Shown here piece after piece: positions 41,846 through 51,750 of a stretch of DNA of 64,000 nucleotides (the stretch's first letter is position 1; each line of letters opens with the position of its first letter). Position numbers and translations under genes: made by a program. The notes under the pieces were generated by a model that searched no databases, had not been told where the DNA came from, and saw nothing but the letters and a program-made list of their open reading frames with translations. The stretch is from Patescibacteria group bacterium (lineage in GTDB: Bacteria; Patescibacteriota; JAHJAL01): the NCBI GenBank assembly GCA_049322675.1, contig JBMORM010000009.1:16934-80933 (forward strand). The letters run 5' to 3'.

Positions 41846-42508
41846 TTAAAAGCAATATTTCTTTTTTAAGACATCTATTTGACCTTTTTTAATTAGATCC
41901 GTCTCGTCCTTTTTGTCAATTTTTGAATTGATCGTTTGGGCACATGAGCCAACATACTTGGCTTTATGTATTCCGTGCAAGGAGGCTTCATTTTTGTTTA
42001 AATGAGAGGATAGTTTTTGAAAAACCACCTGACAAAATCTCTCTCCCGGATAAATACGTATTGGTTGAGTTTCAGTATTGTTGATAATCGGAACCATTAG
42101 GTTTCCCTCATACCAGACATCAATAATACCTGACAAATCGACAGAGAGCCCACGCCGATTGATAGAAGAGCGTGGATATAAAACCGCCATGATATCACCT
42201 TGATTTATTTTAATTTTTTCCAGGGAAACGCCGATAACAAATTCTTTGGGCATCAATTCAAAGAATTGTCCATTTTTCAATTTAACGACTTCGAACAAAT
42301 TACCATTAGAAGAATAATCAAGAGGATCTACTTTGATTATTTCCCGACCGTTTTCGGTTAGATGCCAGGTTTTGGGAAGATAAAAGTGATAGCCAAGTCG
42401 AAGATCAATTGCGTGAGGTTGCATTTGAAATTGGTCCAAATCTGGTGAAAAAATAATTTTTTTACTGTAAATCAGTTCAATGATTTCTTTTTTGGTCAGA
42501 ACACTCAT
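41846..42508 (-). CDS. dcd: dCTP deaminase (dUTPase-fold) family protein
   Basis: QPHAIDLRLG and PRSSINRRGL motifs. Confidence 0.75.
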   Translation of the reverse strand: MSVLTKKEIIELIYSKKIIFSPDLDQFQMQPHAIDLRLGYHFYLPKTWHLTENGREIIKVDPLDYSSNGNLFEVVKLKNGQFFELMPKEFVIGVSLEKIKINQGDIMAVLYPRSSINRRGLSVDLSGIIDVWYEGNLMVPIINNTETQPIRIYPGERFCQVVFQKLSSHLNKNEASLHGIHKAKYVGSCAQTINSKIDKKDETDLIKKGQIDVLKKKYCF

Positions 42509-42512
42509 GTTT

Positions 42513-43028
42513 TTATTTAATTATTTGATAATGAATGAGATATGTTTTTTTTGATAGTTTTTTTATCTTGATTATTTTCAAATTGATATCGTTTTTTAAT
42601 TTGGTTGTCAATGACAAACCTTCACCAAAAATGATACCTTCTACAGTTAAATAAATTTCGTCAACCAAATCAGAGTCGAAGAATTGACTATTTGTAAATG
42701 CTCCACCTCCAAGAATGGCAGATTCGTAACCTTTTTGTTCAAGATATTTTGTGACTTGGTATGGTGGCATATTAATAAATTCCAAATGGTCAGTTTTTTG
42801 TTTTGAAATATACTTTTCCGGATTTTGAGTAAGAATTAGATTTAGTCTATTTGGCAAGGGTCTGCCAATGGTGAGAAAAGTAGATTCCCCCATGATTATT
42901 GCTTTATGTTTTTTTGTCAATTGAATAAAATGTCTTTTATCTTCCTTGCTCGTCCAATCGGCTAAATGATTAGAATCTTTTGCAATCTTTCCATCAGCAG
43001 TTTGCGCCAAACATAAAATTATTTTCAT
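42513..43028 (-). CDS. folA: Dihydrofolate reductase family protein
   Basis: IIMGESTFLTIGRPLPNRLNLILT pattern; adjacent to thyA. Confidence 0.7.
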   Translation of the reverse strand: MKIILCLAQTADGKIAKDSNHLADWTSKEDKRHFIQLTKKHKAIIMGESTFLTIGRPLPNRLNLILTQNPEKYISKQKTDHLEFINMPPYQVTKYLEQKGYESAILGGGAFTNSQFFDSDLVDEIYLTVEGIIFGEGLSLTTKLKNDINLKIIKIKKLSKKTYLIHYQIIK

Positions 43029-43032
43029 ACAT

Positions 43033-43881
43033 TTATAATACGATTTTTAAACCTTTAATTGTTTTTTGTGGTCTGTATTGATGAGATAGCTTATCGTAAA
43101 TTTCTTCAACTAGAGAATGATCTTTCTTTTCAGCTCTTTCAAAATAATCAGCCTTAGCTGCAAATTTTATATTTGGATGTCTCGTTTCTCGAGAAATGAT
43201 TTTTTTGGCAGCTTCGTAGTGTATATCGTAAATATGAGCATTTGAAATGGATACTACAAGTTTTCCTGGTTGAATTCCTAATTTCGCGGCAAGAATGTAT
43301 GACAACAGTGAGAATCCTGCTATGTCGTGGGGAGAACCCAAAATCATGTCGTTTGATCGGATAAATAAATGGGTATTTAGTTTATTGTTGATGATATTTA
43401 CGACGAAACAAAAGGGACACGGAACATTCATTTTGCATGTACCAATACAATCCGGTCCGGTAAGGCCATCATCAGAAGGATCCCACATCATTACTACTCC
43501 TTGCCTTGAGTTTGGTTGATGTTTAAGATGAGTAATTAATTGTTTAAGTTGATCCCTACCAAAGTGTGACCGCCAACGGTATCCATAGGCCGCGGCAACA
43601 GTTCCATCTTCTTCAATAAAGTCATCCCATATTTTGGTATGTTCATGCAAAAAATCCGACGGTTTGTTGCTACCACTAATAAACCATATTTGTTCGGCAA
43701 TAAATATTTTTAAAGGAATTTTTCTTAGTGTTAGAATAGGAAAACCATCTTCCAGATTAAATACTAAGTTTTCACCAAATAATGACAATGTTTTATGCCC
43801 TGTTCTTTCATTGGTTTGTTCGATCCCTTCTTGAAGAATTTTTTTTATTAAGTTTTGATAGGGTACGTCAAAGTTAGACAT
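43033..43881 (-). CDS. thyA: Thymidylate synthase ThyA
   Basis: RTGHKTLSLFG, LWFISG and PCPF active-site region. Confidence 0.9.
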   Translation of the reverse strand: MSNFDVPYQNLIKKILQEGIEQTNERTGHKTLSLFGENLVFNLEDGFPILTLRKIPLKIFIAEQIWFISGSNKPSDFLHEHTKIWDDFIEEDGTVAAAYGYRWRSHFGRDQLKQLITHLKHQPNSRQGVVMMWDPSDDGLTGPDCIGTCKMNVPCPFCFVVNIINNKLNTHLFIRSNDMILGSPHDIAGFSLLSYILAAKLGIQPGKLVVSISNAHIYDIHYEAAKKIISRETRHPNIKFAAKADYFERAEKKDHSLVEEIYDKLSHQYRPQKTIKGLKIVL

Positions 43882-44506
43882 ATTCTTTTGTTAATATTTT
43901 CGATATATCTTGATTAATTCTTTCTATCGATTGCTCTCCATTAATAACGTACAATGTTGAACTTTGGTTGTTTTTTGGATGAATTGATAAAATATCATAG
44001 TAATTTTCTATCATTTTTTGGTAGTTTTCTTCTACCCTTAGAAGTGTATCTTTTTTCTCAAAAAATTCATGATTTTTTCCTGGATCGCGGAAATTAATTC
44101 TTTCCAGACAAATTTCTATAGGTGTATTTAAATAAAAACACAAATCAGGTGCCGGAAAGTATTTATTTATCTGATTGAGCCAGTCAAAATCAAGACCCAT
44201 GGCGGCACCGAAAGCGATGGATGACAGAAAATATCGGTCGGTAATAACAGTTTGATTATTTTTTAGACTTGTTAAAATTTCTTTAATCACGTGTTCTCCC
44301 CTATCGGCGGCGTACATTAGTTGAAATGTGTGATGGTCGATTGTCAGCTTTTCATTTTTTAAATATTCCCTAATCAATCTTCCAATTGGCAAATCACTTG
44401 GCTCTTTGGTATATATCGCATTTAATGATTCAGCCAATAATTTTGCTTGTGTAGTTTTCCCGGATCCGTCTAGCCCTTCAATACAGATGAAATGTGGTTT
44501 TTTCAT
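43874..44506 (-). CDS. tmk: Thymidylate kinase
   Basis: P-loop GLDGSGKTT, DRY motif. Confidence 0.9.
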   Translation of the reverse strand: MKKPHFICIEGLDGSGKTTQAKLLAESLNAIYTKEPSDLPIGRLIREYLKNEKLTIDHHTFQLMYAADRGEHVIKEILTSLKNNQTVITDRYFLSSIAFGAAMGLDFDWLNQINKYFPAPDLCFYLNTPIEICLERINFRDPGKNHEFFEKKDTLLRVEENYQKMIENYYDILSIHPKNNQSSTLYVINGEQSIERINQDISKILTKEYV

Positions 44507-44572
44507 AAAAATTTAGGGTTATGTTTTTAGTATAACCCAAGTCCTAATATTTTCTAAATTTTAAATAGAAGA

Positions 44573-45310
44573 TTAATTTATATATATTTCTTTTCCTTCA
44601 GGTATGTTTATAAAAGGATTTTTTTGAGAAAGATAATCGGAAAATTCCGGTAAATTTTTTGCTCGGAAAAGATCATTTATTATAACTAGAATTTGAAATA
44701 AATATTTTTGACGTTCCTCGAATGTTTTAAGGTAAGTTTGATAATTTGCTTCAAGACAAAATTTGTATTCATCTTCCTTCAATAGATATTGAAAAAAATG
44801 TTCATTGAGGTCATTTTTGTTGTTAAAACTTTTAATATATTTGTTTATAAATTTTTCTTTGTCATACAAATCGCGAAGTTCCGAATGTTGACTGTCGAAA
44901 AAGGCAAATTGCATATTAAAAAATTGACAGGTAAAGTTTAGATTTTCGATTAATTTGTCATATGTATCGACTGACTCTCTACGACTTTCCTGAAGTACAT
45001 ATTCATACACTTCCTTGCCATTTATTATGTTTGTATCATTGTAATAACGATTTTTGAAATATTCATAATAAGTTGGAAAACGATCGATAGGAGTATAGTT
45101 GATATTAAAATTTTTGCATTCTTTTCTTTTTCTGTTAGCACAGATCCATAAACCGTGACCACTACATAAAGAATTTAACACATCCGAATGTAAACCAATT
45201 GGACATAATTGGTCCTTAAGCGTTTCTTGATTATAATAGTTATCGTGTTTCCTATTGTGTTTTACCAATTCACGGTCACTCAAAATATTGGGGTTTTCCA
45301 AACCTTGCAT
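44573..45310 (-). CDS. Cys-cluster hypothetical protein at the head of the dTTP operon
   Basis: C-x11-C-x6-C-x8-C cluster; no recognisable family. Confidence 0.4.
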   Translation of the reverse strand: MQGLENPNILSDRELVKHNRKHDNYYNQETLKDQLCPIGLHSDVLNSLCSGHGLWICANRKRKECKNFNINYTPIDRFPTYYEYFKNRYYNDTNIINGKEVYEYVLQESRRESVDTYDKLIENLNFTCQFFNMQFAFFDSQHSELRDLYDKEKFINKYIKSFNNKNDLNEHFFQYLLKEDEYKFCLEANYQTYLKTFEERQKYLFQILVIINDLFRAKNLPEFSDYLSQKNPFINIPEGKEIYIN

Positions 45311-45396
45311 AATTGCCCTCCTGAATTTTATTACTTAATTTACTTTATCAAATAGAAAAATAATTAAAAGAATATAAATGAAAAAATATACTAACA

Positions 45397-45427
45397 AAAG
45401 AAAAATGACTCACATGTGGAGTCATTT
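45397..45427 (-). terminator. Intrinsic terminator after rplA (9-bp stem aaatgactc/gagtcattt plus T-run)
   Basis: Read directly. Confidence 0.45.
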
Positions 45428-45453
45428 TAGAAAGCGTTAAGATTCAAAAAAAA

Positions 45454-46224
45454 TTATTTTACCTCGTCTAAACCAATTTTAATACTTGGACTCATGGTAG
45501 GAGTAATATGAAGAGAAACAAAAAATTGACCTTTCGTTTTGGCCGGTTTAGCTTTTTTTATGCCATCGATTAAGACGAGAAGGTTTTCCTTTAATTTTTC
45601 TGGATCAAAAGATGCCTTTCCGATTGAACAATGGACTATACCATAACTATCTGCCTTAAATTGTTCTTTTCCTTTAGAAAATTCCTCAACTGCTTTAATT
45701 ATATCTGGAGTAACGGTCCCGGCTTTGGGGTTTGGCATTAATCCTTTTGTGCCAAGTATTTTTCCCAATTTTCCTACCTCAGCCATCATGGCCGGATGAG
45801 AAATGGCAATGTCGAAGTCTAACCAACCCTTACTTATTTTTTCAATTAAATCTTTATTACCAGCGTCTATTGCACCGGCTTTTTTGGCATCTTCGGCAAT
45901 CTTATCGTCTGCAAAAACAATTATTTTTTTCTTTTTTCCAGTTCCATGAGGGAAAACGACTGTTCCCCTAACTGCATCTTTGGTGGTGTCAAAATTTAAT
46001 TTAAGATGACAATCTACACTTGCGTCAAATTTGGTGATTACAATATTTTTTATCAATTCACAGGCTTCAGATATACTGTATACTTTATTTTTATCAACTT
46101 TTTTATTGACATCAAAATACTTTTTACCATGAGAAAAATTGCCGTTTTTTTTCTGTTTTTTCTTTTCTTCGTTCTTTTTAACCATAAAATCCTTGGTGGT
46201 ATTATCGCCTACACAGGCTCCCAC
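45454..46224 (-). CDS. rplA: 50S ribosomal protein L1 (start probably the internal Met at ~46185)
   Basis: L1 family core FDASVD..HGTGK. Confidence 0.85.
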   Translation of the reverse strand: MGACVGDNTTKDFMVKKNEEKKKQKKNGNFSHGKKYFDVNKKVDKNKVYSISEACELIKNIVITKFDASVDCHLKLNFDTTKDAVRGTVVFPHGTGKKKKIIVFADDKIAEDAKKAGAIDAGNKDLIEKISKGWLDFDIAISHPAMMAEVGKLGKILGTKGLMPNPKAGTVTPDIIKAVEEFSKGKEQFKADSYGIVHCSIGKASFDPEKLKENLLVLIDGIKKAKPAKTKGQFFVSLHITPTMSPSIKIGLDEVK

Positions 46225-46252
46225 AAATATAATGATATAAGATATTAAAAAA

Positions 46253-46678
46253 TTATTTTTCTACTTCTACTCCCATGGATCTGGCGCTACCAGCAATTAT
46301 TTTTACGGCAGCATCAAGATCGTTTGCTGAAAGATCCGGTTCTTTGATCTTGGCTATTTCTTCCAATTGTTTTCGATTAATCTTGCCAACTTTCTTTTTG
46401 TTTGGCTCTCCTGAACCTCCTTTCAAATTAATTGCTTTTTTGATTAATTCGGTAGCAGGAGAAGTTTTTAGAGTAATGTCAAAAGTACGATCTTCATAGA
46501 TAGTGATAATCACGGGAACGATAGTACCTTTTTGGTTTTTAGTCTTTTCATTGAAAACATTACAAAAACCCATTAGATCAACCCCATGTTGACCTAATGC
46601 CGGACCAACTGGTGGAGACGGATTTGCTGCTCCGCCCATTACTTGTAGTTTTACCTTAGTCTTGATCTTTTTTGCCAT
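46253..46678 (-). CDS. rplK: 50S ribosomal protein L11 (start at MAKKIK)
   Basis: [12 protein letters not shown] motif. Confidence 0.9.
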   Translation of the reverse strand: MAKKIKTKVKLQVMGGAANPSPPVGPALGQHGVDLMGFCNVFNEKTKNQKGTIVPVIITIYEDRTFDITLKTSPATELIKKAINLKGGSGEPNKKKVGKINRKQLEEIAKIKEPDLSANDLDAAVKIIAGSARSMGVEVEK

Positions 46679-46688
46679 AATTGTAAAT

Positions 46689-47312
46689 TTAAATTTTCTT
46701 AATTTGTAAAGCATCTAATTCTACTGGTGTTTCTCTGCCAAACATCGAAACTAAAACTTTAATTTTTCCTTTGACTTTATCTATTTCTGATATTGTACCA
46801 TCGAAATCTTTAAATGGGCCGTCAATTATTTTTACACTTTCACCGACAGCAAAATCAATTTTGTACTCAGGTTCATCAGTTCCGATTCTTTTTTGTATAT
46901 TCTTGTATTCGTCTTCTGAGAGAGGAGTGGGTTTATTTCCAAAGCCAATAAAACCAGTTACTGATGGTGTATTGCGCACCACATACCATGAATCTTCATC
47001 GAGTACCATACATACTAAAACATATCCAGGAAATATTTTCTTTTCAACAATTTTTTTCTTACCATTTTTGATTTCAACCTTTTTTTCTTTGGGAACTATA
47101 ACGTCAAAGATTTTTTCTTTCATGTCCATACTTTCAATTCTTTGCATTAAAGCTTGTTTGACATGATCCTCGTAACCAGAATATGTGTTGATGACATACC
47201 AGTGCTGTTGCTGGTCAGAGACAAATTTGTCATCAAAATCGGTATTTACCGTACCCTGTTTGACAATTTCGTCTGAATCGTCGATTTGATCATTTTTTTG
47301 AGACAAATCCAT
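46689..47312 (-). CDS. nusG: Transcription antiterminator NusG
   Basis: NGN domain [11 protein letters not shown]; C-terminal KOW. Confidence 0.85.
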   Translation of the reverse strand: MDLSQKNDQIDDSDEIVKQGTVNTDFDDKFVSDQQQHWYVINTYSGYEDHVKQALMQRIESMDMKEKIFDVIVPKEKKVEIKNGKKKIVEKKIFPGYVLVCMVLDEDSWYVVRNTPSVTGFIGFGNKPTPLSEDEYKNIQKRIGTDEPEYKIDFAVGESVKIIDGPFKDFDGTISEIDKVKGKIKVLVSMFGRETPVELDALQIKKI

Positions 47313-47315
47313 ATT

Positions 47316-47507
47316 TTATTTAATTAAAAAATTTTTAATGACAAGAGTAAGCAAATAATCAATTGCCCCAATATACAAACCCACTACAACAGTAGCTCCT
47401 ATTACCAATAATGTTGTATTAATAGTTTGCTTGGAACTGGGCCAGCTGATTTTTTTTATTTCTTCTCTAACATCGATAAAAAAACTGGAAATGGGGTTAT
47501 TTTTCAT
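47316..47507 (-). CDS. secE: Preprotein translocase SecE
   Basis: 63 aa, single TM, REEIKKISWPS motif. Confidence 0.75.
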   Translation of the reverse strand: MKNNPISSFFIDVREEIKKISWPSSKQTINTTLLVIGATVVVGLYIGAIDYLLTLVIKNFLIK

Positions 47508-47802
47508 ATTTAATAGAGTTAATTTTGAAGAAGGAAATAATATCGCGATGACCGGTTTTTCGACGATAATTGCTTTTTGACTTAAATTTGTAAACGTAAA
47601 TTTTTGGACTTTTTCCGTGTTTTACAAAATCTGCTTTTATTTTTGCATCTGACAAAACCGGAGTTCCAAAAATAATTTTTTCTTGATCTAAAACTGCCAA
47701 GATTTCAGGTTTGAATTCTTCATCTTTGGTGAGACTAACTTGAATAGTGTCTCCTTCATTGATTAATTGTTGCTTGCCACTATGTCTGATAATTGCTTGC
47801 AT
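47497..47802 (-). CDS. rplU: 50S ribosomal protein L21
   Basis: Aligns to L21 (SGKQ..EG..; KF.SK..YRRK.GHR); overlaps secE by 11 nt. Confidence 0.8.
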   Translation of the reverse strand: MQAIIRHSGKQQLINEGDTIQVSLTKDEEFKPEILAVLDQEKIIFGTPVLSDAKIKADFVKHGKSPKIYVYKFKSKSNYRRKTGHRDIISFFKINSIKYEK

Positions 47803-47885
47803 AAAAAGTATTTAAGAATAAAAAAATATAGCGTTGCTATATTATACGATATCATATCTTGATAAACAAAGGCAACACAAAGCTG

Positions 47886-48572
47886 TTACACTTCTCTTTC
47901 GGCAAAATCAAGCAATCTAGCGTTGTTTTCGATTTTCTGATATATTGCGAAAGGAACTCGCGATATTCTTATGGTTGATAAGCCAAGTTTACGAGCTTTT
48001 ATTTCTTCCACTTTATCAATATTTTTGCCATATTTTAAAATATCAAATAAAGATAAATTTTGATTCCTGAGTGGAGATTGGTGATTGTTTATTATTAAAC
48101 CACCGATAAGCAATTTATTCAGGGCATCTGGTTTGAATAGAGTGTGGTCAAGTTTGCTATTAAATTCAACAATATAACCTAGGGGTAATATTATTTCATA
48201 CTCCTGGTATGTTTTTGCCACTAGATCCACATGCACTTTTTCAGGACCACGACCGAAATCGAAACAAAAACTTATGCGAGTGTGCCAAGAAGAAATTCGG
48301 TTTATTTCCGGTTGTCCACTGTCGTAGGTAATAACTTTCTGCAGTATTTTTCCAATGTTCTCTTCATTAGAAAAACAGGGATCAAGCATTATTATTTTCT
48401 TTGCTTGAAGAATAAGAGGAAATTCCAAATCCAAATTTGATCCTATGTATAAGAGGGGGTAATGACTAATACTGCATTTGTCTATCAATGGAAGAAGAGT
48501 AATACCGGTTTTAATCTTGTGAAAAGTAGAGAGTTGCCTTATTTGTTTGAGACTAATATTCATTGTTTGCAT
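47886..48572 (-). CDS. Hypothetical protein (possible Rossmann-like fold)
   Basis: ORF only; start overlaps the upstream small ORF's stop. Confidence 0.4.
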   Translation of the reverse strand: MQTMNISLKQIRQLSTFHKIKTGITLLPLIDKCSISHYPLLYIGSNLDLEFPLILQAKKIIMLDPCFSNEENIGKILQKVITYDSGQPEINRISSWHTRISFCFDFGRGPEKVHVDLVAKTYQEYEIILPLGYIVEFNSKLDHTLFKPDALNKLLIGGLIINNHQSPLRNQNLSLFDILKYGKNIDKVEEIKARKLGLSTIRISRVPFAIYQKIENNARLLDFAEREV

Positions 48573-48757
48573 TAATTTTTTGCAGGTAATGTGGTATCAA
48601 AATTTTCTAACAATTGCATAAGTGATTTTTTAGGAAAACGATTTGCTTCCGCGAGTAGTTCTTGCAATTCTGTCGGGCTAACTATATTGGTTGGTTTATC
48701 AAGAGTGTAATTCTTTTTGGCTGATAAATTGAGTGAATTTCTTTCAATTGTTTCCAT
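48572..48757 (-). CDS. Small hypothetical protein (61 aa) translationally coupled to the 228-aa ORF
   Basis: ORF only. Confidence 0.3.
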   Translation of the reverse strand: METIERNSLNLSAKKNYTLDKPTNIVSPTELQELLAEANRFPKKSLMQLLENFDTTLPAKN

Positions 48758-48947
48758 GATTTTTATGTTTTTGATAGGATATTACGTTATCACAAATAAA
48801 ATATTTGGTCAAGGTTTTGATGGTAATGGAGGTAAAAAATATAATAAATTAGGTGTTAGCCTAATTTATTAGTAAAAAAAATTAAAGATTAAAATTTGAT
48901 TAAAAGTGTAAAAGTGCCAAGAGTTAAATTTACATAATTATTTAATT

Positions 48948-51665
48948 CTAAGCAAGTCTTTTGTTAAAAAAAGATGGATTATTTGATAGTTTATTTTCAA
49001 AATATTTTTCTATTTCAATGATGATAAAAAGCGAAAGTCCTAAGCAAATAATCAAAATAAAATCTTGGTATTTTAGTTGGGAAAGGGAGAAAATATTTCT
49101 AAAGAAAGGAACATATAAAACAAGGATTTGAACAAGAGATGTAAGGATTGTGACATAATTTAAAAATTTATTTCCAAAAAGATTAAACGAGAATTGAGAT
49201 TGACCCAATGAGCGACAGGCATAGACACCAAAGATGGAAAAAAATGAGGTTAGAGCAAAAATCACTGTGCGTGCATATTGCAAGTCGGTGTGAGATAGAA
49301 AAAAATTGTAGGTGAAAAAAGATATTATTGTAATTGATATTCCTATTGTCGCAATCCTTCGCCACATCATATAAGTAATAAATTTTTCTGTTTGAGGCCT
49401 GGGCGGCCTTTCCATAATATCTTTTTCTGGTTTTTCGAAAATTAAAGCTTCATCAATTAACCCGTCTGTTACTAAATTCGTCCATAAAATCTGTGTTGGT
49501 AAAAGAGGAAGGGGCATTCTCAAAATAAGTGCCAAAAAAATAATTCCCATTTCACCAATATTATGACCTAGTAGATACAGAACTGATTTTTTTATATTGT
49601 CATATAATAGACGACCATATTTTATTGCGTCAACAATTCTGGAAAAGTCATTTTCTAAAAGAATGATCTCGGCGGCTTCTTTTGCGACATCTGTCCCGTT
49701 GCCCATCGCAATGCCAACGTCAGCTTTTTTTAAAGCTGGAGCATCATTTACGCCGTCGCCTGTCATTGCCACAACTTGACCGTTTTTCTGCCAATAGTCA
49801 ATAATCATCATTTTTTGTTCGGGGAGAGTGCGGGCAAATATTAAAATATTGCTAGCTTTTTTTTCAAATTCTTCCTGAGACATTTTTGCTAGGGTTTCAC
49901 CCGTAATGATATTTTCATCTTCAATCTTTATTCCTAAAGATTTAGCTATATTTACAGCTGTATAAGGATGATCCCCAGTAATGATAATTGTTTTTAGCCC
50001 CGCCTCAGATGCTAGTTTAAAAGAAGGCTGAGCAGTAGGTCTTATTGGATCGATCATGGCAACAAGACCCAAAAACACAATTCCGTATTTCAGGTTAGTT
50101 TCATTGAGTTCTAATTCACCACTGTTTGCTACCTCCTTGTAAGCAACAGCTAACATGCGGTAAGATTTTTGCGCCAAATCATCGGCCGAATCAAGAATGT
50201 CTTTTTTATCTTTTGCGTTCAGTTTAACTGTTTTGCCAGCTATATTTTGATAGGAACATTTTTCAATTATATTTTCTGGCGACCCTTTTAGAAAAATATA
50301 TCTTTTTTTTGACAATGGACAACTATTGAGAGTTGCCATGAAATTTTGACCGGAGACAAAAGGCATTGTCTGCTCTCGAGGACAATCATCTATCAGTTTG
50401 TCTGGATCCATGTTGGCTTTTGCAGCGGCAGCAATTAAGGCAGACTCTGTGGGATCGCCTATAGCAACCCATTCTCCTCTATTATTTTTCTTGATTCTAC
50501 TATCATTACATACTGTTCCCGCTAGCAACAATAATTCAAGTTCCGGATAATTTATAGGTTTTACAGTTTTATTATCAAGGAAATAATTGCCTTCAGGCGA
50601 GTAATCTGTTTGGTCGATAGAGAAAATATTTTTGTCCGCAAGCATTATTTTTTTAACAGCTAGCTTGTTTTCAGTTAAAGTACCTGTTTTATCAAGACAT
50701 ATGATCGAAGTAGATCCTAGTGTTTCCGCCGCGGGCAAGTGCTTGACGACTACTTTTTTTCTTGCCAATTTAGCGACAGTTACAACTAAACATATTGATA
50801 TAATAATTGGAAAGCTTTCTGGAATTGCTGCTACGCTAATGCTGATTGCTAAAATAATTAGATCATATATGCTTTTTTCTAAAATTAATCCTGTAATTAT
50901 GAAAACAATCGCAATGATTAATACCATCAAGGAAATGATTTTTGTGAACGATGTGATTTTCTTTTGAAGAGGAGTTTTATTTCTTTTTATTGAGATAGTT
51001 TTGGCAGATATTTTTCCAAACTCTGTTTCTATCCCAATAGATGTGACAATGGCCACGCCGGAGCCCGAGGAAACGTATGTACCCTGAAACAACATATTAT
51101 TTCGTTCATTTAATGGTGAATTTACATCAATGATTACTGCTCTTTTTTCTTTTGGTTCAGCTTCTCCGGTTAAGATTGATTCATTCGTGGTCATGAACTC
51201 TGTTTGAATAATCCTAGCATCTGCCGGAATTTTGTCTCCATTATCAACTCTAATAATGTCTCCTGGCACAATATCCTCAGAAAAACATTGTTGCCAATTT
51301 CCTTCTCTAAGGATTTTGACTCTGGTTTCAGAGATCTGGGCTAGAGCGGATACAATTTTGTCTGAACGATATTCTTCAATAAATCCAATGATAAATTCGA
51401 TGGTTATAATCGCCAAAATAATATACAGATCCTGTAAATGGCCAACAAAGTATGTTAGAATAGCGGAAGCAATCAAAATCATTATTAGGGGGTCAAGAAG
51501 TTGGTTTATTATGAGTTTATAGATAGTGAAAGGTTTCTCTTGCGGAAGTAAATTTTTTCCGTGCTTTTTAATTCTATTTTCTACCTCCGATGAATTTAAT
51601 CCCGTTTTTTCTGATGAATTTAGTTTTTCAATAGTTTTTTTGGCAGAAAGAGAGTAGTAATTCAT
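48948..51665 (-). CDS. P-type cation-transporting ATPase (type II, Ca2+-ATPase-like)
   Basis: DKTGTLT, TGES-like, TGDGVNDAPAL motifs, 8-10 TM. Confidence 0.9.
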   Translation of the reverse strand: MNYYSLSAKKTIEKLNSSEKTGLNSSEVENRIKKHGKNLLPQEKPFTIYKLIINQLLDPLIMILIASAILTYFVGHLQDLYIILAIITIEFIIGFIEEYRSDKIVSALAQISETRVKILREGNWQQCFSEDIVPGDIIRVDNGDKIPADARIIQTEFMTTNESILTGEAEPKEKRAVIIDVNSPLNERNNMLFQGTYVSSGSGVAIVTSIGIETEFGKISAKTISIKRNKTPLQKKITSFTKIISLMVLIIAIVFIITGLILEKSIYDLIILAISISVAAIPESFPIIISICLVVTVAKLARKKVVVKHLPAAETLGSTSIICLDKTGTLTENKLAVKKIMLADKNIFSIDQTDYSPEGNYFLDNKTVKPINYPELELLLLAGTVCNDSRIKKNNRGEWVAIGDPTESALIAAAAKANMDPDKLIDDCPREQTMPFVSGQNFMATLNSCPLSKKRYIFLKGSPENIIEKCSYQNIAGKTVKLNAKDKKDILDSADDLAQKSYRMLAVAYKEVANSGELELNETNLKYGIVFLGLVAMIDPIRPTAQPSFKLASEAGLKTIIITGDHPYTAVNIAKSLGIKIEDENIITGETLAKMSQEEFEKKASNILIFARTLPEQKMMIIDYWQKNGQVVAMTGDGVNDAPALKKADVGIAMGNGTDVAKEAAEIILLENDFSRIVDAIKYGRLLYDNIKKSVLYLLGHNIGEMGIIFLALILRMPLPLLPTQILWTNLVTDGLIDEALIFEKPEKDIMERPPRPQTEKFITYMMWRRIATIGISITIISFFTYNFFLSHTDLQYARTVIFALTSFFSIFGVYACRSLGQSQFSFNLFGNKFLNYVTILTSLVQILVLYVPFFRNIFSLSQLKYQDFILIICLGLSLFIIIEIEKYFENKLSNNPSFFNKRLA

Positions 51666-51750
51666 ATTTTGATTTTTTGTAAAATAAATTTATTCAAAAA
51701 TATACATTATATTTGTTATTATATAATATTTTATCTTTAGACATACTATT

